Part shown: positions 29,723-40,504 of the stretch, piece by piece
How positions within the stretch are numbered: position 1 is the stretch's first letter
Layout of the letters: every line of letters begins with the position of its first letter
NCBI GenBank assembly: GCA_012034805.1
Contig: JAAUOP010000003.1
Coordinates: 6,455 to 70,454 of the forward strand
DNA: 64,000 nucleotides
Origin: Synechococcales cyanobacterium CRU_2_2
Lineage (GTDB): Bacteria; Cyanobacteriota; Cyanobacteriia; PCC-9006; JAAUQQ01
Direction of reading: 5' to 3'
Program-made: the position numbers and the translations under genes
The notes under the pieces: generated by a model
Told to the model about the DNA's origin: nothing
The model's database searches: none
What the model saw: the letters and a program-made list of their open reading frames with translations, nothing else

Positions 29723-30145
29723 TTAGCCGAAAGCCCTGGGCGATGGTCTGGACGGGGACGCGATCGCTCCAAACGGGCTCCGGAATTCCGCACGATGGCT
29801 TAGAATCTGGGCACCATTGACGCCCACCACCGGCAGTTTTGCAAAAAACAACTTGGCCCAGGCCATGCTTGTTCCCCGTTGGGGAGCCGTTGGGGCTGTC
29901 AGATGAACCAATAGTGTTGCATTGCGACGCTCGACGCGAACCCGAACCCGAACCCCACGCCCCTCAATGAGACGCGATAAATCCTGCTGTGCGAGGGTCT
30001 CGATCGCCTTCGGGTTACCCCGTCGAGCTTGATTCAGAACAACCCGATCAGCGGATGAGCGATTCACCTTAGCCGATCGATTCACGTTAGAGGAAGGTTT
30101 CAAGGGTCGAAATCGTTGCATGGTTCGGGGCCATCTGCTCGGCAA
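29723..30145 (-). CDS. hypothetical protein with a conserved cyanobacterial N-terminal domain
   Basis: RRGNPKAIETLAQQDLSRLIEGRGVRVRVRVERRNATLLVHLTAPTAPQRGTSMAWAKLFFAKLPVVGVNGAQILSHR resembles an N-terminal module seen on many cyanobacterial proteins (...KAIAALLN..L.PKGI......L.V.LE....P...). The ORF ends just before a TM helix (LLAGRAFAGIVLLTLLWNL) that is readable in another frame. Confidence 0.35.
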   Translation of the reverse strand: MPSRWPRTMQRFRPLKPSSNVNRSAKVNRSSADRVVLNQARRGNPKAIETLAQQDLSRLIEGRGVRVRVRVERRNATLLVHLTAPTAPQRGTSMAWAKLFFAKLPVVGVNGAQILSHRAEFRSPFGAIASPSRPSPRAFG

Positions 30146-30318
30146 ACTTTTCCTATTCAGCAGTAGAGTCTCACAAAACTGTAAATTGAGCTTCGGTGTC
30201 TCAAAACTCGATGGGTTACGTTTTCGACCGACTCACCCGAGCGGCCCAAGGGCAGAGCTTTACCCTCGTAAAGGGGGGCTCGTAAAGGGGGCTCGCAAAG
30301 AGGGCTCGCAAAGAGGCC

Positions 30319-31350
30319 TTAAAGGTGTCGCACAATGGGTTCAATCTCAATGATAGAGTCGGGCTGAGACGGGTCTATGCGAAAGGTCATGTAGGATTTG
30401 CGCAGACAGTGTTGGTACAAGCTGGTTTTCATCAGGATGCGACCCAGAACAAATTTCGCCATTTTGGTGGCCGGGGCATCGTTGTACCAGCTCGGGTTCA
30501 TCCCCCATCGACGGCGCATCAGTCCGTTGGTTACCGTGACCGCATTTTTGAAGCCACTGGCTCGCGTGCTGAACTCGGTGGTGACGGACACGCAATAGCT
30601 TTGGTTCTCGACGCGATGGGGAGAATTGAGTACCCAAGAGACCATTTGATCGGCTTCGAGTTCAAACCGGGTTGCGCCTGCTTCCAGGGATGGGTGGTAG
30701 GGCAAATCTTCATCGCGCTCTTGCAAAACCACGGCTTCGTAGCCTGCATCGGGCAGGTAGGGGGGCCGGTCGGGATAGACGTAGAACGTCTTTTGGCCCC
30801 GAATATGCCACAGCACGGTGTCCCTGGCGTCGCAGTGGTAGGGCACGACGGTGGTTGGCGATGAAATCAAAATTGCCCCGCGTGCCTTATAACGCCGTAC
30901 GCCGGTTCGCTCTGCCAGTTCTCCGTACATGCGATCGAGCAATTCCTGATATTCCGGGTGAAGGTTCATCGCTTCCCGCACGTTGATCCACAAACGGCCC
31001 GCCTTGGCCGCTTCGATCAAGAACCGACCCGAACAGCTTCGGGGATCCCCATTTCGTAGAGCATTGGGGTAGGGGCCTTCGGGGCTGCCCATGGTCATGA
31101 CGTCCAGTTTGTGAGGCGGGTGTCGATCGAGCAGATCGGCGAGGGCTTGATCGGTAAAGAGGCCGGTTTCGCTGAGGCGATGGTTGACGGTGAAGTTTTC
31201 TTTGCGAAACTTGGCGGAGTGGGCCTCTGTCCAATTCTGAAAGATGCTCGTGTTAGTGCTCGTGTTAGTGCTCGTGTTAGTGCTCGTGTTAGTGCTAGTC
31301 GTGCTGCTGGTCGTGCTGCTGGTCGTGCTGCTGGTCGTGCTGCTGGTCAT
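30319..31350 (-). CDS. cupin/JmjC-like Fe(II)/2-oxoglutarate oxygenase family protein with a Ser/Thr-repeat N-terminus
   Basis: Possible HxD...H triad: VVPYHCDARDTVLWHIRGQKTFYVYP ... WVLNSPHRVEN. The N-terminus MTSSTTSSTTSSTTSSTTSTNTSTNTSTNTSTNTS is encoded by two 12-bp arrays (31246-31350). Confidence 0.5.
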   Translation of the reverse strand: MTSSTTSSTTSSTTSSTTSTNTSTNTSTNTSTNTSIFQNWTEAHSAKFRKENFTVNHRLSETGLFTDQALADLLDRHPPHKLDVMTMGSPEGPYPNALRNGDPRSCSGRFLIEAAKAGRLWINVREAMNLHPEYQELLDRMYGELAERTGVRRYKARGAILISSPTTVVPYHCDARDTVLWHIRGQKTFYVYPDRPPYLPDAGYEAVVLQERDEDLPYHPSLEAGATRFELEADQMVSWVLNSPHRVENQSYCVSVTTEFSTRASGFKNAVTVTNGLMRRRWGMNPSWYNDAPATKMAKFVLGRILMKTSLYQHCLRKSYMTFRIDPSQPDSIIEIEPIVRHL

Positions 31351-31601
31351 GGGTCTTCAATTCCCTGAGTGAGCGTTTACCCGCTCCTCCTTTCTGGCTG
31401 CAGATCTCGGGTCATGAAAGAAGACTTAATTAAGCGCTCAGATTTAACAGTTTGTACAGATTGTCGGGCGCAGACCGGTTCTCGGGTGTAGGTGCTTGGG
31501 TGTAGGTGCTTGGGTGTAGGTGCTCGGGTGTAGGTTCTGGATTTTGCGGTTTTCCTCGCAGCCGGGGTCGCATTTTCGATACCATCCAGAGGCATGCCGG
31601 A

Positions 31602-31838
31602 ATGACACTTCCCGAGGAGGAGAGCTTGGAAGAGATGACGAATTTAGACATGACGAGTTTAGACCTGGCAAATTTAGATCGAGTATTGGGAGGTGTGGCG
31701 ATCGCCTTTCTCCTTGCCGGAATGTTTATGCTATTTGGCGGTGTCAGTACCCTGGGCCAGGAAAGTGGCAAAGAGGACGGCAAAAATGGCCGCAAAAATG
31801 GCCGCAAAAACAACCTCAAAAACAACCTCAAAAACTAA
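31602..31838 (+). CDS. hypothetical small membrane protein
   Basis: MTLPEEESLEEMTNLDMTSLDLANLDRVLGGVAIAFLLAGMFMLFGGVSTLGQESGKEDGKNGRKNGRKNNLKNNLKN has an acidic repeat, one TM and a basic repeat tail. The sequence is repeat-derived, so coding status is doubtful. Confidence 0.25.
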   Translation: MTLPEEESLEEMTNLDMTSLDLANLDRVLGGVAIAFLLAGMFMLFGGVSTLGQESGKEDGKNGRKNGRKNNLKNNLKN

Positions 31839-31910
31839 GAAAAGACTCAGGTCATTTATGGGCCAGCCTGATTTAATGGGAGAAGTTCCCGATATTGAGT
31901 GAGTTGAGCC

Positions 31911-32296
31911 ATGCGCGAAGTGATTCAGACCGATCAGGCCCCGGCTCCGGTTGGCCCTTATAGTCAGGCGATTGCCGCCAGCGGCAAGATGATCTTTGCT
32001 TCCGGTCAGATTGCCCTAGACCCAAGCACCGGGGCGATCGTCGGTGAGGGCGACGTGGTAGCCCAAACCCAACAGGTGATGAAAAATTTGGCAGCGGTGC
32101 TTCAAGCGGCAGGTGCAGACTTTAGCCATGTGGTCAAAACCGGTGTCTTTCTGGCGGACATGAACGATTTTGCCGCCATGAACCAGGTCTACAGCCAATT
32201 TTTGATGAGGCGACAGCCCCTGCACGGGCCTGTGTTGAGGTGGCGCGTTTGCCCAAGGACGTCCTTGTCGAAGTGGATTGCATCGCGGTTGTATAG
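31911..32296 (+). pseudogene. ridA: RidA/YjgF family reactive-intermediate deaminase; frame break in a T5 run at 32199-32203
   Basis: MREVIQTDQAPAPVGPYSQAIAASGKMIFASGQIALDP... is RidA. After NQVYSQF the track frame becomes nonsense. With one extra T it reads FFDEATAPARACVEVARLPKDVLVEVDCIAVV*, with the stop at 32294-32296 (129 codons). Confidence 0.85.
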
Positions 32297-33456
32297 CGGT
32301 TGTATAGCGGTTGTATCGCGATCGGATAAGGACTATCGAGCGGTTCTATTGCCGTTTTATTGCCGTTCTATTGCCGCCCTCTCACTCAGTGCTGTCATCT
32401 TTTCATGGGCGGAGCTTCTCTGCCCCCGCACCATGCCAAATCTTTCCGCCATGCCCAAGGCCGAGCTGCATTTGCACCTTGAAGGAGCCTTTCGTTGGCC
32501 AACCCTCCGTCGGGCGTTGTTTCGTCATTACGGTCTGGCGCTGCCTGTTGCGCCCTACTGGCATGCCCCAGGCTACCGATTCCAAGGCTTCAGCGATTTT
32601 TTACAACTGTTTCGCGATTATGTTGATCCGTGGCTGTGCACGCCCCTAGGCTACCAAGAGATTATTCGAGATGTCGTGGAAGGGCTGCGGATACAAAATA
32701 TTCGCTATGCTGAAATCGACTTTAGTGTGGCGCTGATTGAACGAACCGGCCACTCTCTCGAGCAAGTTTTGGCCTTGTTGGAAGAAGAGGCAGAGGCTGC
32801 CCAGCGCCGGGGCATCGAGGTGCGATTTTTTGCAGGAATCAACCGCCATTTTGGCTTGGGACAGGCACTGAAATGGGTGACGCGGCTCCAAAGGGCACCC
32901 ATCATTGCCGGCATTGATCTGCACGGCGACGAGGTTGGTTGGTCGGCCGGTTTGTTTCAGCCTGCCTTTGAGTTGGCGATCGCCCAGGGCAAGCGAGTCA
33001 AAGTCCATGCGGGCGAGATGACTGGCCCTCAGAGCATCCGCGACGCCGTGGCCCTCGGCATTCTGCAAATTGGCCATGGTACGTCTTCGATTCAAGATCC
33101 AGAACTGATGGCGATGTTGCGCGATCGCCAAGTCCTGCTCGAACTGTGCCCGACATCTAACGAACGGCTCGGCTGCGTCGCGTCCTACAAGGCCCACCCC
33201 CTCTGGGAACTCGATCGCGCTGGCATTGTCATCACGATCAATTCTGATGACTCTGCGTTTTTTGGTCTGAATCTAACGGATGAAATGACCCGGCTGATGG
33301 CCGAACGCCAAGTGACGGTAGACGACCTCAAACGGTGGACGGCCAACGCGTTTCGTCAGGCCGACCTGGGAGAACAGCGGCGATCGCAACTCCTTCAAGA
33401 GCTCCAAGCCTGGACACCCACCGCTGAGCCCAACTCGACCGCTGACCTACTGAAGT

Positions 33457-34867
<1,411 letters not shown>

Positions 34868-34934
34868 TCAATCTATTTTCACGAATATGATCATGAAGAT
34901 CAGCGGGGTTCGACAGCTTGAATTACGTATCTAG

Positions 34935-34962
34935 CCAAAAAAAGCCCACCCTAGGGCAGGCT
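34935..34962 (-). terminator. rho-independent terminator of psb27
   Basis: The minus strand reads GCCTGCCCTAGGGTGGGC (8-bp stem including G:U pairs) followed by TTTTTTT (A7 at 34937-34943 on the plus strand). It lies ~30 nt after the psb27 stop. Confidence 0.6.
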
Positions 34963-34989
34963 CGTGCATCGGGTCTCAAAACTTAAGAC

Positions 34990-35436
34990 CTAAGACTCTC
35001 GCTTGAGAGAAATATCAACCCGCTTAAACTCCTTGAGCAAGCGGCCCTTGAGTTTTTCGGGAACCGGACGGTTCGGGTAGGAACTATAGTGACCTGCGAG
35101 GGCGTTGAGCGCGGTTTGCATGGTCAAAAAGGACGGTAAACCATTGACGGTGCGATCGCGCCGGTAGCGGGCTGCAAAATCGTTGATCAGTTTGCGGGAC
35201 TCCAGCTGGGCCGCTTTCATCTCGGTGGAGCCTTCCTCTGCGCTGATGGCGTCACGCAATGCGGTCACGACGGCAGAGGTATCTTCGACATAGTTGCCAG
35301 ACATGGCCGAACGGGCGGCCCAAGCAGGGGCTGCGTAGCTGCTGAGGGCCAGACAGGCGACTAGGACTAGGGCCAAAGAACGGGCCAGAAAACGGTCGAG
35401 AAAACGGGCAAGCAGAGGAAATTGGTAATGCTTCAT
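34990..35436 (-). CDS. psb27: photosystem II assembly lipoprotein Psb27
   Basis: Lipobox LVLVAC, then SGNYVEDTSAVVTALRDAI...LINDFAARYRRDRTVNGLPSFLTMQTALNALAGHYSSYPNRPVPEKLKGRLLKEF. The start is ATG 35436 or 35460. Confidence 0.85.
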   Translation of the reverse strand: MKHYQFPLLARFLDRFLARSLALVLVACLALSSYAAPAWAARSAMSGNYVEDTSAVVTALRDAISAEEGSTEMKAAQLESRKLINDFAARYRRDRTVNGLPSFLTMQTALNALAGHYSSYPNRPVPEKLKGRLLKEFKRVDISLKRES

Positions 35437-35726
35437 ATAATCAAAGGAATTGTTATCCATCTGACTGATCCTAGGAGCGTTTTGCCCCCTAAGCAACTCT
35501 TTTGAGTTGTTTCTCCCCCAAACGATTGCGCGATTCGAAAAAGTCGTATAAGTAAGGAAGGGGGAAGCGAGTCGGGGGCGCGAGAATGGCGATCGCAGCT
35601 GCTGTTTTGACCAGAGACTTTGACATAAGGCTCACAGTTGCGCCGTTTGTACCCGTGTGAACCTGTGCCCGTGCGCCTGTTCTGGACTTCTCGCTTCGAA
35701 GTCAGCATTGTGGCCTTCCGATGTTG

Positions 35727-35843
35727 CCTTGAACGGCTACCTTGAACGGTTGTCTTGAACGGCTACCTTGAACGGTTGCTTTGAACAGTTGCTTTGAACG
35801 GTTGCTTTGAACAGTTGTCTTGAACGGTTGTCTTTAATCTTTC
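35727..35843. repeat. 13-bp tandem repeat x8-9 (YCTTGAACRGYTR) upstream of pstS
   Basis: Units CCTTGAACGGCTA, CCTTGAACGGTTG, TCTTGAACGGCTA, CCTTGAACGGTTG, CTTTGAACAGTTG, CTTTGAACGGTTG, CTTTGAACAGTTG, TCTTGAACGGTTG and the degenerate TCTTTAATCTTTC. Confidence 0.9.
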
Positions 35844-35862
35844 CTTTACCTGATGTTAACGA
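35833..35862 (+). promoter_or_regulatory. putative Pho box (SphR/PhoB-type binding site)
   Basis: Three 8-bp direct repeats with 3-bp linkers (11-bp period): TTTAATCT ttc CTTTACCT gat GTTAACGA. These compare with the published cyanobacterial consensus PyTTAAPyPy(T/A). The site lies ~130 bp upstream of the pstS ATG. Confidence 0.5.
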
Positions 35863-35992
35863 AACCATAGCGATCGCCCACTAGGATTGCAGTCATAAGG
35901 GTTCAAGCAGGGTTATAAGCCGCTTTTCCGGCGCATCCCCGGCTTTGTCCCTTCGATCTGTTAGCGCTGTCCTTAGGTGTGGAGTGAGTTCG

Positions 35993-37084
35993 ATGAAGGT
36001 TTTCAGCTTGGTTCGTCAACCGGTGCGATTTGCGGCCCTAGCGGCCCTCAGTATCAGTGCTGTTGCTTGTAGTGCTCCAACCACAGATGGCCCCACAGCC
36101 AGTGGTGCAGCCCAGTCTGGGGGTGAGGCGAGCGGTTCTACGGTCTCCCTGAGCGGTGCAGGCGCGAGTTTTCCCGCGCCGCTTTACCAGCGCTGGTTTT
36201 CCGAATATCAGAAGGTCGATCCTTCCGTGCAAGTGAGCTATCAGTCGGTCGGTAGCGGCGCAGGTGTTGAGCAGTTCTTAGCTGGCACGGTGGACTTTGG
36301 GGCCACAGATTCTCCGCTCAAGGATGAAGAGAAGACCAAAGCTCAGGAGAAATACACTGCCCCTGCGATTCAGTTGCCCCTGACCGCCGGTTCTGTCGTC
36401 TTTGCGTTCAATCTGCCAGGAGTTGAGGCGCTCAAGCTCTCCCGCGAAGCCTATTGCGGCATTGTCACCGGTAAGGTTTCTAAATGGAATGATCCGCTGA
36501 TTGCCAAGGGCAATGATGGCGCGACCTTGCCCGACAAGGAAATTGGTTTTGTCTACCGCTCAGATGGTAGCGGCACGACCTCGGTGTTCACCAAACATTT
36601 GGCCGAAGCTTGCCCCGATTGGACCCTGGAGCCCGGTAAGTCTGTGGAGTGGACTGTCGGGAGTGGTGCGAAGGGGAACGAGGGGATTACGGCTCAGGTT
36701 CAACAGACCGAGGGTGCGGTGGGGTATGTCGAGTACGCCTATGCCAAGCAGAACGGTTTGAGTATGGCAGCGATCGAAAACAAGTCTGGCAGTTTTATCG
36801 AAGCTGGCCCAGAAGCTGGCGGCCTAGCCTTTGAGGGTGCAGAGCTGCCTGAGGATTTTGCGCTTTCGGTGGCGGATCCTGAAAATGCAGGTGCCTACCC
36901 GATCACGAGCTTGACCTGGATCCTGCTGAAGCCCAAATACGACGACCCTACCAAGACTGAAGCCCTCAAAAAAGTGCTCACTTGGGCCCTCAATGACGGC
37001 CAAGCCTTCAGCGAAGAGCTGGGCTATGTGGCCATGCCACCTTCGGTCAAGGCCAAGGTCGAAGAGGCGATCGGCAAGCTCTAG
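35993..37084 (+). CDS. pstS: phosphate ABC transporter substrate-binding lipoprotein PstS
   Basis: Lipobox ISAVAC, then SLSGAGASFPAPLYQRWFSEYQK...SVGSGAGVEQF...YRSDGSGTT. ATG at 35993; the track start at 35945 is a TTG. Confidence 0.9.
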   Translation: MKVFSLVRQPVRFAALAALSISAVACSAPTTDGPTASGAAQSGGEASGSTVSLSGAGASFPAPLYQRWFSEYQKVDPSVQVSYQSVGSGAGVEQFLAGTVDFGATDSPLKDEEKTKAQEKYTAPAIQLPLTAGSVVFAFNLPGVEALKLSREAYCGIVTGKVSKWNDPLIAKGNDGATLPDKEIGFVYRSDGSGTTSVFTKHLAEACPDWTLEPGKSVEWTVGSGAKGNEGITAQVQQTEGAVGYVEYAYAKQNGLSMAAIENKSGSFIEAGPEAGGLAFEGAELPEDFALSVADPENAGAYPITSLTWILLKPKYDDPTKTEALKKVLTWALNDGQAFSEELGYVAMPPSVKAKVEEAIGKL

Positions 37085-37296
37085 AAAGCTAGCCGTCGGT
37101 GGGGTGGGAGAAGAAGCTTCGGAACTCGAGATTCATCCCGCTCAGGCGGGTCTCTCCTGTTTTCCCTCCCCACTGTTAATTCTCCGTTAACGACAGGGCT
37201 GCCAATTCTGACTAAGCTCTAGGTAGAAGCCTGTTCGGTTCCACGGACTTGAGGTTCTAACCGTTTGAAGTCCGCTTCTAACATCTTCGAGTCCCC

Positions 37297-37424
37297 TAGT
37301 TTTGCAGTTCGCTAGTTCTGAAGTTCTAGTTCTGAAGCTTTAGTTTTGAAGTTCTAGTTTTGAAGTTCTAGTTTTGAAGTTCTAGTTTTGAAGTTCTAGT
37401 TTTGAAGTTCTAGTTTTGAACTCC
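37297..37424. repeat. 14-bp tandem repeat x9 (TAGTTTTGAAGTTC) in the pstS-pstC spacer
   Basis: Read directly. Five perfect central units are flanked by diverged copies, and every unit contains TAG and TGA. Confidence 0.9.
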
Positions 37425-37449
37425 CTTGTCGTCCTAGCGTCTAAAATCG

Positions 37450-38412
37450 ATGGCTCAAACACCGTCCGCTTCTCCCTCCTCCATGGCCAAGTTTGAATCT
37501 TTGAGTGTCGCGCGTTGGATCGATCGCGGTTTCTATCGCCTCACGGCTGCTTTTGCTGTTGGCATTGCAGGGATCTTGGTCTGGATTTTGGTGACGCTTT
37601 TTCAGACTGCCTATCCCGCGATCGCCAAGTTTGGCCTTGGGTTTCTGTTTAGCAGCCGCTGGAGTGTGCAGGAGGAAATTTTCGGAGCCCTGCCACTGAT
37701 TTATGGCACAGTGGTCAGTGCCTTGGTGGCCTTGGCGATTGCGGTTCCCATTGGGGTTGGGATTGCCGTTTTCTTGACCGAAGACTTTTTGCCTGCCCAG
37801 ATCCGAACTCCGATCGCCTTTGTGATTGAACTGCTGGCGGCGGTACCGAGCGTTGTTTACGGCCTGTGGGCGATCGTCGTCTTTATTCCCTTCGTTAAGC
37901 CAGTGCTAGAGCTTGTGCATCAGGTATTGGGCTGGATTCCGCTCTTTGGCAGCGCGCCGACCAACGTCGGCTTGATGTACACCAGCTTGATTTTGGCGAT
38001 CATGATCTCCCCTACCATCATTGCCATCTCACGGGATTCCCTTGTTTCCTTGCCACCTCAGTTGCGCCAAGGTGCCTTAGCCCTCGGGGCGACTCGCTGG
38101 GAAACCATCCTCAAGGTGCTGTTGCCCGCCAGCCTTTCCGGTATTGTCGGTGCTGTGATGCTGGCCCTCGGACGCGCACTGGGGGAAACCATGGTGGCAG
38201 CCATGCTGATCGGGAGCAAGAATGCAATTAGTGCATCTTTGTTTGCCCCCGGCCAGACGATCGCCTCAATGATTGCCAACCAGTTTGGCGAGGCAACGGG
38301 GCTCCAGCGAGCCTCCCTGCTCTACGCCGGACTGATTTTGATGCTGATTACCCTAGCGGTGAATGTCCTTGCTGAACTGATCATCAGCCGTTTCCAACAG
38401 GTTGAGCATTAG
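37450..38412 (+). CDS. pstC: phosphate ABC transporter permease PstC
   Basis: Six-TM permease carrying the EAA-type loop ISRDSLVSLPPQLRQGALALGATRWETI. Positioned in a pstSCAB gene order. Confidence 0.9.
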   Translation: MAQTPSASPSSMAKFESLSVARWIDRGFYRLTAAFAVGIAGILVWILVTLFQTAYPAIAKFGLGFLFSSRWSVQEEIFGALPLIYGTVVSALVALAIAVPIGVGIAVFLTEDFLPAQIRTPIAFVIELLAAVPSVVYGLWAIVVFIPFVKPVLELVHQVLGWIPLFGSAPTNVGLMYTSLILAIMISPTIIAISRDSLVSLPPQLRQGALALGATRWETILKVLLPASLSGIVGAVMLALGRALGETMVAAMLIGSKNAISASLFAPGQTIASMIANQFGEATGLQRASLLYAGLILMLITLAVNVLAELIISRFQQVEH

Positions 38413-38517
38413 ACCCGGTCAAGTCCCTGGCCCGGTCGAGAACTAGAGCGATCGCAAACGCAAGCTTTCCAACCCTTTCCCATGCTTTAGCGCCAAACAT
38501 TCCCCGCATCCAACACC

Positions 38518-39444
38518 ATGACTCCCTCCCCTCCCTCAGATCACCTATCGGACACCCAGCCCGGTTCCTCCCCACCCAATACGTCGGTGGAATCTCAATT
38601 TGCCTACGGTGTTTCTCCCGGACGCAAGGCTTTTGGGGCCTTCATGACCACCCTTGTTGTGGGTTGTGCACTGCTCGCAGCCTTACCCCTGTTTTCGATT
38701 TTGTGGACGGTGATTACTAACGGCGTCGCCCATCTGAGCCCTCGGGTGTTTACGGAACTGCCGCCGCCGCCCATGGTGGATGGAGGCGGCTTTCGCAATG
38801 CCCTAATGGGAACCTTTTGGGTGTTGCTGCTGGCCTCGTTGATCAGTGTCCCCTTTGGTATTTTGGTCGCGGTCTATGTGTCGGAATTTGCGCGGGATAG
38901 CCAGTTCTCAAAGTTCGTACGCTTCGGCATCAACGTCCTGAGCGGTGTGCCCTCCATTGTGGCGGGCCTGTTTTCCTACGGCGTCGTGGTTTTGCTGATG
39001 GGCGGATTTTCGGCCTGGGCCGGTGGCGTCGCCCTCGCAGTCTTGATGTTGCCGATTGTCGAACGAACTGCCGAAGAAGGGCTCAAATCGATTCCGCCAG
39101 AAATTCGCCAAGGGGCGATCGGGTTGGGCGCAACGAATTTCCAGACAATTTCACAAATTGTTTTACCATCGGCCTTACCCTTCATTGCCACCGGCGTGAC
39201 TTTGTCCTTAGCCAGGGCCATTGGCGAAACAGCCCCGCTCCTGTTTACGGCCCTCTTTAATCAATTCGATGCCAAGTCGCTCTCCGACCCTACAGCGACG
39301 CTTTCAGTGCTGATCTACAATTTTTCAACTTCGCCATTCCAAAACCAGAAAGACCTCGCTTGGGTCGCTTCGCTATTGGTGATTGGCATCATTTTGGTGA
39401 TTAGCATTGTGGCTCGGCGCATTGCCCAGCGGCAGGCGTTTTAG
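38518..39444 (+). CDS. pstA: phosphate ABC transporter permease PstA
   Basis: Permease with TAEEGLKSIPPEIRQGAIGLGATNFQTI...GETAPLLFTA. Confidence 0.9.
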   Translation: MTPSPPSDHLSDTQPGSSPPNTSVESQFAYGVSPGRKAFGAFMTTLVVGCALLAALPLFSILWTVITNGVAHLSPRVFTELPPPPMVDGGGFRNALMGTFWVLLLASLISVPFGILVAVYVSEFARDSQFSKFVRFGINVLSGVPSIVAGLFSYGVVVLLMGGFSAWAGGVALAVLMLPIVERTAEEGLKSIPPEIRQGAIGLGATNFQTISQIVLPSALPFIATGVTLSLARAIGETAPLLFTALFNQFDAKSLSDPTATLSVLIYNFSTSPFQNQKDLAWVASLLVIGIILVISIVARRIAQRQAF

Positions 39445-39524
39445 AGTTGCGATCGCTTCGGTTCACGTTTTCATCTGGCCCGCTTTCAGAATCTCGCCGC
39501 TCCCCTATCCACTAAGCTGAATAT

Positions 39525-40355
39525 ATGCAGAATATGCAAAGCTCAACCTCCCGAACATCAACAAACGCCATCGCCGATCAGGCCGTTGCGTTGCGAGCCG
39601 AAAATGTCAGCGTCTACTACGGCGCGTTTCAGGCGGTGCGGAATGTCTTCCTCGATGTTCCCAAAAACCAGGTGACTGCGTTTATTGGGCCTTCCGGCTG
39701 TGGGAAGAGCACACTGCTGCGGTGTTTCAACCGCCTGAATGATTTGGTCGCGAGTGCCAGAGTTGATGGCAAGATCAGCTTCCAAGGTCGCGACCTCTAT
39801 GCTAGAGACATGGATCCGGTGGAGGTGCGTCGCCGCATTGGAATGGTTTTCCAAAAGCCGAATCCTTTTCCCAAATCGATCTACGACAACATTGCCTTTG
39901 GGGCGCGGATCAACGGGTTTCGCGGCAACATGGATGAGCTGGTGGAGCGATCGCTCCGTTCCGCTGCCCTCTGGGACGAAGTCAAAGACAAGCTTAATCA
40001 AAGTGGCCTAGCGCTCTCGGGCGGACAGCAGCAGCGTCTGTGCATCGCTCGCACCATCGCCATTGAGCCCGAGGTGATCTTGATGGACGAGCCCTGCTCG
40101 GCACTGGATCCGGTTTCAACGCTGCGGGTGGAGGAATTGATGCACTCCCTCAAGGAACAGTTCACCATGGTCATTGTCACCCACAATATGCAGCAGGCAG
40201 CTCGGGTTTCGGATATGACGGCCTTTTTCAATGCGGAGGCCGGTGAAGGCGGCAGTCGCTTTGGCTATCTGGTGGAATATAACAAAACCCAGGATATTTT
40301 CAGCTCACCCCAGCAGCAGGAAACCCACGATTATGTGAGTGGCCGGTTCGGCTAA
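39525..40355 (+). CDS. pstB: phosphate ABC transporter ATP-binding protein PstB
   Basis: [48 protein letters not shown] and the C-terminal YVSGRFG are present. Confidence 0.95.
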   Translation: MQNMQSSTSRTSTNAIADQAVALRAENVSVYYGAFQAVRNVFLDVPKNQVTAFIGPSGCGKSTLLRCFNRLNDLVASARVDGKISFQGRDLYARDMDPVEVRRRIGMVFQKPNPFPKSIYDNIAFGARINGFRGNMDELVERSLRSAALWDEVKDKLNQSGLALSGGQQQRLCIARTIAIEPEVILMDEPCSALDPVSTLRVEELMHSLKEQFTMVIVTHNMQQAARVSDMTAFFNAEAGEGGSRFGYLVEYNKTQDIFSSPQQQETHDYVSGRFG

Positions 40356-40428
40356 GGGGATGCAAGCCTGTCCTGCAAAGTTGTCCTGTAAAATTGGCCA
40401 TGCACCGCCGAGTCAAGAGAGTGGGTAT

Positions 40429-40488
40429 GGAAGCAGGGCGTAGGAAAGCAGGGCCTGGGGAAGCAGGGCCTGGGGAAGTAGGGTCTGG
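40429..40488. repeat. 15-bp tandem repeat x4 (GGAAGCAGGGCCTGG) just upstream of the lpxD start
   Basis: GGAAGCAGGGCGTAG GAAAGCAGGGCCTGG GGAAGCAGGGCCTGG GGAAGTAGGGTCTGG. The array ends 17 nt before ATG 40505. Confidence 0.9.
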
Positions 40489-40504
40489 GAAAACAAGAAA
40501 TCCG

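Noticed and set aside
35727-37424. Regularly spaced tandem arrays (here and at 11770, 15341, 23425, 47579) considered as possible CRISPR arrays.
   Set aside because: The units are 11-17 bp and directly abutting, with no unique spacers. No cas genes are in the window. They are simple tandem repeats.
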